A stretch of 32,000 nucleotides of DNA from an uncultured Geitlerinema sp. (lineage in GTDB: Bacteria > Cyanobacteriota > Cyanobacteriia > Cyanobacteriales > PCC-9228), in contig CAYZHY010000014.1 in NCBI GenBank assembly GCA_964477525.1, positions 9,501 through 41,500 of the forward strand, read 5' to 3'. The number at the start of each line of letters is the position of its first letter. Within the stretch, counting starts at the first letter, position 1. The position numbers and the translations under genes are program-made. Positions 16,202-24,287 of the stretch are shown in pieces. The notes under the pieces are model-generated. The model saw only the letters and a program-made list of their open reading frames with translations. It did not search any database and was not told the DNA's origin.

Positions 16202-16798
16202 ATGGATGCCAAACGAAGAAAAAAGGTCAGCAAATATCTTTCCAAAATTCTGCGGCACGATCCCCATCGAATTGGTTTGGATTTGGATCCGGGGGGTTGG
16301 GTGAATTTGGAAACGTTGCTATCGGCTTTTCAAGAATATGGGGTGGAGATTGCTGCCGAAGAAGTTGTGGAAGTCATTCGCAAATCGGATAAACCGCGGT
16401 TTGCGTTAGAACCTATAGATGAAGAACAAAGTGGCAACCCAGCAGCCAATCCTTCACAGTTTCGCATTCGCGCAGCGTACGGACATTCGTTTCCTGTAGA
16501 TTTGGAACGCACGCCAGAACCACCACCGTCGGTTCTCTATCACGGAACGGCAGAACAATTTGTTCGTTCGATCCAACAACAAGGGTTACAATCGATGGGA
16601 CGGCAGTTCGTTCATCTTTATCAATATCCAGAAGGGGCGCTGGCTGTGGGCAGACGCAAGGGGCGATCGCGGCTTTTTTCCATAGATGCTGCTACTATGT
16701 ATGCGGAGGGATACTCTTTTTATCATGTGGGCGAGGGGATTTGGCTCACATTTGCTGTGCCACCCATTTATTTAAAGTTGCACTCGACAAAATCTTAG
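16202..16798 (+). CDS. kptA: RNA 2'-phosphotransferase, KptA/Tpt1 family
   Basis: 198 aa. SKYLSKILRHDP..GL.LD.GGWV, IRAAYGHS, LYHGT and GRQFVHL blocks. Starts 9 nt after the cysK stop. Confidence 0.82.
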   Translation: MDAKRRKKVSKYLSKILRHDPHRIGLDLDPGGWVNLETLLSAFQEYGVEIAAEEVVEVIRKSDKPRFALEPIDEEQSGNPAANPSQFRIRAAYGHSFPVDLERTPEPPPSVLYHGTAEQFVRSIQQQGLQSMGRQFVHLYQYPEGALAVGRRKGRSRLFSIDAATMYAEGYSFYHVGEGIWLTFAVPPIYLKLHSTKS

Positions 16799-16889
16799 GA
16801 AAAACAAGGAGAAAAGTTCTAAGGTTTTTGAGGGGAAAGGTGGGTTTTACTGTAGAATTTCGTTACCACGGCTCTGGATTTTTCCAATT

Positions 16890-17114
16890 TTAAAGATCGA
16901 TACCAACTTGTTGAACTGGTTCATCAATCATATTAAGAAGATCGATGTTCAATTGGCGCCTTGCGTTCCTTCCTAAAAAGCTCCAAAAATGCCAAAGGGT
17001 TTCTCGTTCTGCCTCTGGAAAGTTCTTCGATAGGTCAAAAGTTTCCATGGCAGCCGAAAAAGCTACCTGGTAGATTTCTGAATCTCGATGGTTTCCCACT
17101 TGATAGGCTTTCAT
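16890..17114 (-). pseudogene. four-helix-bundle protein (23S rRNA-IVS-type), apparently internally deleted
   Basis: N-terminus EIYQVAFSAAMETFDLSKNFPEAERETL and C-terminus LLNMIDEP resemble this family, but the central helices are missing (74 aa versus a typical ~120). The family call is from memory. Confidence 0.4.
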
Positions 17115-17115
17115 C

Positions 17116-17633
17116 TTACTTCTCTACTTTCCCCTCCTCGATCGCACGAGTTGGTAAATAGCTAGCGGCGATCGCAACACACAACCACCATACCGTATTA
17201 ATCTGCGGACGATACCACACTGTATCCACCAAACCATGTACCATCAATCCTACCATAGCCGCCAGCGTTGCCATCAGCCAATATCCCTGGGGATTGCTAC
17301 GATCGCGTAGGGCACAGACTTGCCGCCAGCCACTGGCAAAACTCACCAGCAGAAACCACAAAAACGATGCCAAACCGATAAATCCAGTTTCCACAGCCAC
17401 TTCTAAAAATACCGAATAGGCACTCAAGGCACTGTAGTTGGGACGCATGTAGAGGGGATATACTTGGTTAAAAGCATCGTTGCCCGGTCCTATTCCTAGG
17501 ATAGGGCGATCGCGTATCATATCGATAACTGCCGCCCACACATTCATGCGGAAATTGTTGCTGCTGTCTTCACGACCCGCAAAAATACTCATAGCGCGAT
17601 CGCGAATGGGGTCTACAAATAACACTGCTAGCA
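17116..17633 (-). pseudogene. duplicated 3' fragment of ictB (left copy, lacks the 5' ~900 nt)
   Basis: Encodes the C-terminal ~169 aa of the 19887..21296 protein. Amino acids are identical except the last residue (K vs T). The rest of the 254-aa track ORF is read-through, antisense to the methyltransferase. Confidence 0.85.
17126..17633. repeat. 508-bp direct repeat, left copy
   Basis: Compared line by line with 19897-20404 (offset 2771). No mismatch was seen by eye. Confidence 0.9.
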
Positions 17634-17693
17634 ATGATATAATCTTTATCCCTGACCTCAACAAAAATATCCGAACTGGATAGAGTTCATAGT

Positions 17694-19031
17694 ATGAACG
17701 TAAGACCAATCGTAATCGACCTTTTTTCTGGAGCAGGTGGCTTAAGTTTAGGTTTTGAGCAAGCTGGATTTGATGTGGTGGCTGCAGTTGAAATAGATCC
17801 AATCCATGCCGCCATCCATAAATATAATTTTCCATATGGCATTGTTCTACCAACTTCCGTAATCTATCTGAGCGCAACAACGATTCGCGAACAGGCAGGA
17901 ATAGGAGATGACGAAATCAATGTGGTGGTTGGTGGTCCTCCTTGTCAGGGATTTTCGCTTATTGGAAAAAGGTCTCTTGACGATCCTAGAAATAGATTGG
18001 TTCGTGAATTCGTTCGCCTAGTCGAAGAGTTATCGCCACAATTCTTTCTTTTTGAAAACGTAAAGGGGTTAACTGTTGGCAAACATCGTCAAGTTCTAGA
18101 GGAATTGGTAGAACAATTTCATGGGATTGGATATAACGTGCAAATGCCTTGGCAAGTGCTTAATGCTATGAATTACAGAGTGCCACAAGATCGCGAGCGA
18201 TTGTTTCTTCTTGGTGCCAGGCAGGGAATATCAATGCCTTCCTATCCTTCTCCTATCACAGAGCCTTTATCTTCGTTGGACTTAGAAATTCCTGGCTTAC
18301 TTGCTAAAACTCCTACATGCAAAGATGCGTTGGGAGATTTGCCCGACGCAGAATTGTTTGAAGAGCTAAAAGACAGTGATGCTGTACATACAAATAAATG
18401 GGGAATCCCTTCTGATTATGGTAAAGAAATGAGATGCATCAGCGAAAAAGCGTGGCATTTTGGCTATCCCCGAAAATGGGAACCAAATTTACTTACATCA
18501 AGTGCCAGAACAAATCATACAAATATATCACGTAGAAGATTTTCTCAAACCCAACCAGGAAGCGTAGAACCTGTATCGCGCTTTTTCAAGCTGTCGCCAG
18601 AGGGAATTTCAAATACCCTTCGCGCTGGAACTGATTCAGCACGCGGTGCCTTTACAAGTCCAAGACCAATCCATTACGAGAAAAATAGATGTATAACGGT
18701 TCGGGAAATGGCTCGTTTGCATGGTTTTCCGGATTGGTTTCGTTTTCATACGACAAAATGGCATGGTGCTAGACAAATAGGAAATGCTGTTCCTCCACCC
18801 CTGGCAAGAGCGATCGCTGCGGAATTTATTAGAGCTGCTGGTATTGAGGTATTGAAACCAAAAGAATTAATACAGTTTGGCGAACGTGCATTACTGGAAA
18901 TGGATATGACGGAAGCAGCTAATTTTTGGGGGATAGATGTGCCTGTTGCCAAACGAGATCGTAAGAGTGGTGCGAAAAAACGGAAACAAGAAGAAATCGA
19001 AGCATTACATATTGGAGAAATGGAAATTTAG
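17694..19031 (+). CDS. DNA (cytosine-5)-methyltransferase
   Basis: 445 aa. Motif I DLFSGAGG, motif IV GGPPCQGFS, motif VI FENV, motif VIII QDRERLF, motif IX TVREMARLHGFPDWF, motif X GNAVPPPLA. A long variable (TRD) region lies between motifs VIII and IX. Confidence 0.92.
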   Translation: MNVRPIVIDLFSGAGGLSLGFEQAGFDVVAAVEIDPIHAAIHKYNFPYGIVLPTSVIYLSATTIREQAGIGDDEINVVVGGPPCQGFSLIGKRSLDDPRNRLVREFVRLVEELSPQFFLFENVKGLTVGKHRQVLEELVEQFHGIGYNVQMPWQVLNAMNYRVPQDRERLFLLGARQGISMPSYPSPITEPLSSLDLEIPGLLAKTPTCKDALGDLPDAELFEELKDSDAVHTNKWGIPSDYGKEMRCISEKAWHFGYPRKWEPNLLTSSARTNHTNISRRRFSQTQPGSVEPVSRFFKLSPEGISNTLRAGTDSARGAFTSPRPIHYEKNRCITVREMARLHGFPDWFRFHTTKWHGARQIGNAVPPPLARAIAAEFIRAAGIEVLKPKELIQFGERALLEMDMTEAANFWGIDVPVAKRDRKSGAKKRKQEEIEALHIGEMEI

Positions 19032-19035
19032 AAAA

Positions 19036-19845
19036 ATGGATAAGAAGTCAGATAACAATCCCCAGAGCCGATATATGGCTTTAATTGAAAAAGTATTCTT
19101 TGACCGTTACCAAACAGGTGACAGCAGGATAGAGTTTGCACGTGAAGACCTTGTTAGGGCAGCAAACGAACTTGATATTAAATTACCCAAGAATCTTGGA
19201 GATGTGGTGTATTCTATACGATACCGCACACCGATGCCGAATAGTATCTTGCAAATAAAGCCAGAGGGAATGGAATGGATTATTGAAGGCGCAGGTCGCT
19301 CAAAATATGTTTTCAAGTTGGTTCACATTAACAGAATTGTTCCGAACCAAGAACTTGTAGCTATTAAAATTCCAGATTCAACACCTGAAATTGTTAATGC
19401 ATATTCCTTGTCTGACGAGCAAGCGTTACTCGCAATTGTTAGATACAATCGTTTAATCGATATTTTTCTTGGCTTAACTGCATATTCTCTACAAAACCAT
19501 CTCAGAACCACGGTATCGTCAATTGGTCAAGTTGAAATAGATGAAATTTATGTAGCTGTTGATAAGCACGGCAGGCAGTTTGTTTTGCCCGTACAAGCTA
19601 AGGGAGGGAGCGATCGACTTTCTGTTGTTCAAACAAAACAAGATATTGCTTGTTGTGCAGAGAAATATCCCAATCTTATTTGTAGAGCTATATCTGCTCA
19701 ATTTGTGGAAAATAAATTAATTGCATTATTTGAGCTTACAATTGAAAACGATGAAGTGAAAATAGTAAACGAAAGACACTATAACCTAGTTCCATCCGAT
19801 TGGATCGACGATAACGATCTAAAAACCTATTCGCAACGTTCGTAA
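19036..19845 (+). CDS. putative restriction endonuclease partner (uncharacterised; possible PD-(D/E)xK-like core)
   Basis: Start trimmed to the ATG at 19036, 4 nt after the methyltransferase stop. 269 aa. Candidate nuclease core EIDEIYVAVDKHGRQFVLPVQAKGG (D..QxK). I do not recognise the family. Confidence 0.5.
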   Translation: MDKKSDNNPQSRYMALIEKVFFDRYQTGDSRIEFAREDLVRAANELDIKLPKNLGDVVYSIRYRTPMPNSILQIKPEGMEWIIEGAGRSKYVFKLVHINRIVPNQELVAIKIPDSTPEIVNAYSLSDEQALLAIVRYNRLIDIFLGLTAYSLQNHLRTTVSSIGQVEIDEIYVAVDKHGRQFVLPVQAKGGSDRLSVVQTKQDIACCAEKYPNLICRAISAQFVENKLIALFELTIENDEVKIVNERHYNLVPSDWIDDNDLKTYSQRS

Positions 19846-19886
19846 TCTAAAGATATCTATAGAGTAGTAACTGCTAGCCAGTTGCC

Positions 19887-21296
19887 CTATGTCTCCACTT
19901 TCCCCTCCTCGATCGCACGAGTTGGTAAATAGCTAGCGGCGATCGCAACACACAACCACCATACCGTATTAATCTGCGGACGATACCACACTGTATCCAC
20001 CAAACCATGTACCATCAATCCTACCATAGCCGCCAGCGTTGCCATCAGCCAATATCCCTGGGGATTGCTACGATCGCGTAGGGCACAGACTTGCCGCCAG
20101 CCACTGGCAAAACTCACCAGCAGAAACCACAAAAACGATGCCAAACCGATAAATCCAGTTTCCACAGCCACTTCTAAAAATACCGAATAGGCACTCAAGG
20201 CACTGTAGTTGGGACGCATGTAGAGGGGATATACTTGGTTAAAAGCATCGTTGCCCGGTCCTATTCCTAGGATAGGGCGATCGCGTATCATATCGATAAC
20301 TGCCGCCCACACATTCATGCGGAAATTGTTGCTGCTGTCTTCACGACCCGCAAAAATACTCATAGCGCGATCGCGAATGGGGTCTACAAATAACACTGCT
20401 AGCACCACCACCGCTGCACTAGCCCCCAAAACACCTGGTATTGTCCATATTCGCCACTTTTGCGGCAGTTTGGGGGTCCACCAATAGACCAACATCAGCA
20501 CAAACACAAAGCCAGCCGCCAAAAAGCCAATCCAACCACCACGACTGTAGGTAAGAACCAAACACACCGAGTTGGTAACAAACATCCCCACCGCCAACGC
20601 CTTGCAAGTGATGCGACGCCAGGCAAAAATCGCCCCCATACTGAACGCTACCGCCGGAATCAAATAGCCAGCCAGCAAGTTGGGATTTCCCAGAAAGCTA
20701 TAAACCCTGGTAATTTCGGCAGTTGCCGATTTTGGATCGGTCCAAGTTGCTAGGGGGTCTGCCCCAAAGTACCACTGACGAATGCCATAGGCACTAACAA
20801 TCAGCGAAATATGCAAGTAAACGCCTACAAACGCATCTTGGACTCTTCTGCCAATGCGCGATCGCAATAACTTAGCCGCCAAAGCAAACAGCAACAGGTA
20901 CAAAGTCAGCTCAACCCATCCCGTAAACGCTGCTTCCCGCACCGGTGACAGCGCCATCGCTACGGTAGAAATGGCCCAGTACAGCAAGACCAGCAAATGA
21001 ATTGGCGTTAGAATCGCTTGGGGGGATCGCCAGTCTTCCGTAACCGTCAGCATCGCCCACAATCCGGCACAGGCAATTAACAAAACACCAATGAGTGAGG
21101 TAGGCACAAACGGTCCCACCACAAAAACCAAACTCACCAGCAACGCGCCCAAGGGTTCTGCCCACTGCATCAGCCAGCTACCCTGACGCCAAGCAGCCAG
21201 CGGACCATTTGTCAAGCGAAACAAGATGCTTTGACGCTGCCATTGCTGGAAGGGAATTTGGGATAGGGTCAGTGGTTGCCAAACAGAACGTACCAT
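19887..21296 (-). CDS. ictB: IctB-family membrane protein (O-antigen-ligase-like; putative inorganic-carbon-related transporter)
   Basis: 469 aa, polytopic. Blocks recalled from Synechococcus IctB: VYSFLGNPNLLAGYL, LTYSRGGW, SIFAGREDSSNNFRMNVW, ILGIGPGNDAFNQVYPLY, ALSAYSVFLEVAVETG, HGLVDTVWYRP. Confidence 0.82.
   Translation of the reverse strand: MVRSVWQPLTLSQIPFQQWQRQSILFRLTNGPLAAWRQGSWLMQWAEPLGALLVSLVFVVGPFVPTSLIGVLLIACAGLWAMLTVTEDWRSPQAILTPIHLLVLLYWAISTVAMALSPVREAAFTGWVELTLYLLLFALAAKLLRSRIGRRVQDAFVGVYLHISLIVSAYGIRQWYFGADPLATWTDPKSATAEITRVYSFLGNPNLLAGYLIPAVAFSMGAIFAWRRITCKALAVGMFVTNSVCLVLTYSRGGWIGFLAAGFVFVLMLVYWWTPKLPQKWRIWTIPGVLGASAAVVVLAVLFVDPIRDRAMSIFAGREDSSNNFRMNVWAAVIDMIRDRPILGIGPGNDAFNQVYPLYMRPNYSALSAYSVFLEVAVETGFIGLASFLWFLLVSFASGWRQVCALRDRSNPQGYWLMATLAAMVGLMVHGLVDTVWYRPQINTVWWLCVAIAASYLPTRAIEEGKVET
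19897..20404. repeat. 508-bp direct repeat, right copy (within intact ictB)
   Basis: Identical by eye to 17126-17633. Confidence 0.9.
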
Positions 21297-21354
21297 AATT
21301 GCTATTGAAACTTGGTTTTGCAGGCGACAGTTGGAAAAAATTGGCTTTTAGAAA

Positions 21355-24012
21355 CTAAGGACGAATAAAATGCGCCCAAACATTGCCATCGGGACCGCAG
21401 ACTTCATCCATATAGCCATAAGGATATACCAACCCACCGCCGTACACATCCGAGTACCCGGTCATGGCATTGCCCCACGGGTCGTTGACAATGTAACCTG
21501 ACTGATTGTATCCGATAATGCAGAGAATATGGCCGCTGGCTGTAAAATCGCCAGCAATAGGCACTGGTCGCCGGTTTACTAGTTCGTCCATTACTGCCGA
21601 CCAATTGCGACTGGTACTAAAACTCGTCTGAAAGTCATAGGCTTTGATGAGGTTGGAAAGAAGGTTGTGAGAGGTCCAAGACCCGTAGCCAGCCTGATTG
21701 ATACACCATTGCAGCAGTTCGTCTTCTAGCTGCCCGCCCGATTGCGATCGCACGCCGTAGAAATAAAATACCATAGCTAGAGTGGTCACGTTGCAGGTAG
21801 ACCAGGAATAGCGTGGATTGTCTACTTGAGAAAAATAGGGAACATCGATTTCCAACTGGTCGGGAAATGGGTCAAATGTCTTACCGCCGCGACGCATCAA
21901 CACGTGGTCGGGAAATAAATAGCCAGTATTGCCAAAATTTTCAAATTCTTCGGTCATCGCCGTTTTGAGATGGTTCTCTTCAATGGCGTAGCTACTGACG
22001 CCGTAAACTCGACCGCTAGGCAGCGTCACTTTCTCCGAACTTGACAGTTGGTTGGAATCGGTCGGTCGCTTTTTCAAGATTGTTGTTTGACGCATGGTGG
22101 CGGTTAAAGCTTCCGGGTCGTAGGCAACTTTGCGATCGCCTTTTTTAATGGTTACGTGACGCCAGTATAAATAACCAACATTTCCCAAACCATCGACCGA
22201 TTCTGCCAGGGTGACACGAAAATGTCCTTGCATGGCAGCATAGCCGGTAATTTCAAAGACAGTTCCCAAGGCAATTTTGGTTTTTTGATTGGCTGGCAAC
22301 AATGCAGCATCCTTGGGTTGGGCTTTGAAAAACGTTGTATGTTCGATCAACAATTGGGCTTGCCCTTCCACGGTTGGTACATCTTTCACGTCAAAAACCA
22401 ACTGTCGCTCTCCCCGATACAAATTGACGTGGTCTTCAAAAAAATAACCAAACTCACCTACCGGCGCAATCGGCGTTTCTAACAATACTTTCAAATGACC
22501 GTCTACAAAGCCATATTGTTTGACAGCAAAGGTTTTATCCCCAGCAATTTTCGTACGTTGTTGGGAATTGAGCGCTCCAGAATCGGCTGGTGTCATTTTA
22601 AAAATGGTATCGCGTTTGGTGGTAAGTTTTAAATCGGTCCCCTCACTAAGAGGTTCTTCGCTTACTGTAATGTAAACAAGTTGGCTGTCCACCAGTTCGC
22701 TGTTACTGTTCAATCCGCGAAAGTTCAACCACCGCAGACCTGCTTGTTGGAATCCCTTTTCCAAAACCACTTGCCAAATCCCGGTATTGGGATTGATGTT
22801 TACTGGCAAAGAATACTTATTTTCTGCCAACGCAGAAATTTTGGCGACGGTATTGGGTTCAAACTTTCCTTGCAAAACCGTTTTCTCACCTGCGATCGCA
22901 TATTTGGGCTTGGTATAGCTCAATCCCGAACCGGCTTGAATGGTTTTGTCACCCTTGCGAAGTTCCACAAAATCTGGGTAAAGATAGCCCGTATTGCCAA
23001 AATCCGGTAAATTTTCGCTAAAAGAAACTTTCAAGTGACCTTTCACCCAAGTATATCCCACCACACCATAGACCATCCCTTCCGTAAGGGTTGTTTTTTC
23101 CGAACTCGATAGTTCCGCTGCTGGTTGCGGTTGTTTTTTAAAGGCTGTTGTTTTCAAAATATGGACATTGACGGCTTTGGGATCGAACTTGACCAAATTT
23201 CCATCTTGCAACAACCGTATGTGAGGAGCATACAAATAACCAATTCTTCCGAAATTGGGCAAACTTTTGGATAAAGTTACCCGAAAATGCCCTTCCACAC
23301 AAGCATATCCAGTAACTAAAAAATGTTCCCCAAAGAGCAAATCTTGCTTTTGCTGGTCCAAAAGTTGTTCGGAAGGTTCTGGCGTGGCTTTGATTTTGGT
23401 AGCGTGGGCAATCCAAATTTGCCAAAATCCCGGTGGCGATTTGGGCAAATCTTCAACTTGAAAGTGAAGGATTTCCCCATTGTTCCCCTTGGTTAAATGA
23501 ACGTGGGGTTCGTAGAAATATCCAAAGGCACCATCTTCTAGTTCTACCTTCAAATGGTTCTTGATGAAGCCGTAGCGAGTAACTTTAAATCCTTGTGAAG
23601 TTTTGACTCTTGCCTTTTCTTGGCTTTTGAGATTGTCTGAAGAAATGGGGGCAGCTTTGAAATAGGTTTCCCGCAAAATTTTGATTTCCAGGGAATCTCC
23701 CTCAATCATGGGTTTGCTGCTAACGGTAACAAATACGCGCTGGCTGCTGACTAGTTCCCCGTTGCTGTCGAAACCTTTCAAACGCAACCAGCGAATGCCA
23801 GCTTGACTAAAGCCTGATTCGAGAGGTACTTGCCAAATGCCGTTTTCCCGGTTCGTACTGACGGGAAGGTCGTATTTATCTTCCACGACCACCGAAATTT
23901 TGGCAATGCGTTCCGAGTCAAACGTTCCGTTGAGGGCAGTGGGATGCTTGACGGGAACCTCTTTGGGGCTGTTGTAGGTAAGGGGTTGGTTCTCGCTGGT
24001 AGAATTCAGCAT
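21355..24012 (-). CDS. large repeat protein: 2 x (beta-sandwich-like domain + three SH3b-like repeats) + C-terminal C39-like (papain-fold) cysteine peptidase domain
   Basis: 885 aa. Module A (aa ~26-378) and module B (aa ~379-712) align colinearly, e.g. KISVVVEDKYDLPV..NGIWQVPLESGFSQAGIRWL with KISALAENKYSLPV..TGIWQVVLEKGFQQAGLRWL. The C-terminus has YFSQ..STCNVTTLAM, SGHILCIIGY and NDPWG (Cys/His/Asp candidates). Confidence 0.75.
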   Translation of the reverse strand: MLNSTSENQPLTYNSPKEVPVKHPTALNGTFDSERIAKISVVVEDKYDLPVSTNRENGIWQVPLESGFSQAGIRWLRLKGFDSNGELVSSQRVFVTVSSKPMIEGDSLEIKILRETYFKAAPISSDNLKSQEKARVKTSQGFKVTRYGFIKNHLKVELEDGAFGYFYEPHVHLTKGNNGEILHFQVEDLPKSPPGFWQIWIAHATKIKATPEPSEQLLDQQKQDLLFGEHFLVTGYACVEGHFRVTLSKSLPNFGRIGYLYAPHIRLLQDGNLVKFDPKAVNVHILKTTAFKKQPQPAAELSSSEKTTLTEGMVYGVVGYTWVKGHLKVSFSENLPDFGNTGYLYPDFVELRKGDKTIQAGSGLSYTKPKYAIAGEKTVLQGKFEPNTVAKISALAENKYSLPVNINPNTGIWQVVLEKGFQQAGLRWLNFRGLNSNSELVDSQLVYITVSEEPLSEGTDLKLTTKRDTIFKMTPADSGALNSQQRTKIAGDKTFAVKQYGFVDGHLKVLLETPIAPVGEFGYFFEDHVNLYRGERQLVFDVKDVPTVEGQAQLLIEHTTFFKAQPKDAALLPANQKTKIALGTVFEITGYAAMQGHFRVTLAESVDGLGNVGYLYWRHVTIKKGDRKVAYDPEALTATMRQTTILKKRPTDSNQLSSSEKVTLPSGRVYGVSSYAIEENHLKTAMTEEFENFGNTGYLFPDHVLMRRGGKTFDPFPDQLEIDVPYFSQVDNPRYSWSTCNVTTLAMVFYFYGVRSQSGGQLEDELLQWCINQAGYGSWTSHNLLSNLIKAYDFQTSFSTSRNWSAVMDELVNRRPVPIAGDFTASGHILCIIGYNQSGYIVNDPWGNAMTGYSDVYGGGLVYPYGYMDEVCGPDGNVWAHFIRP

Positions 24013-24125
24013 AATGAAGTTCGGGAAGTGGAACGAGCGACATTACAAATAATGGTTGGGCAACAAAAGTGGTTTCGGTTGGTTTCAGCAAAAAATAGAT
24101 ACTTCCAATCCTACCCTCAATCCTA

Positions 24126-24149
24126 GAAGAATGTTTGGAAGAATGTTTG
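24126..24149. repeat. tandem 12-mer GAAGAATGTTTG x2 in a divergent promoter region
   Basis: Read directly; followed by a partial AATG. Lies between the 885-aa gene start (24012) and the GntR-family start (24288). Confidence 0.85.
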
Positions 24150-24287
24150 AATGCTCGGTGCAATTGTTCTCGATGCAAATCTTATCGAACAGATGTGGTT
24201 GTCATTCTTACAATTGGTTCTACACTAGGGAATATCCCTATTGTTACGAACTTTTCATCGCTTTTTGCTACTTCCACTACCAAATCT

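Larger units (their letters stand above)
17634..19896 (+). mobile_element. 2263-bp AT-rich insertion carrying an R-M-like gene pair, bounded by the 508-bp direct repeats
   Basis: Sequence unique to the interval between the repeats. It has 1 HIP1 site versus 3 in each 508-bp repeat. Spot G+C is 20/60 at 19321-19380 versus 34/60 at 20461-20520. No transposase or integrase is present. Confidence 0.6.

Noticed and set aside
17634-17880. N-terminal 82 aa of the 254-aa track ORF 17116-17880
   Set aside because: This is read-through from the duplicated ictB fragment into sequence antisense to the methyltransferase 5' end. It is not part of ictB and has no RBS.
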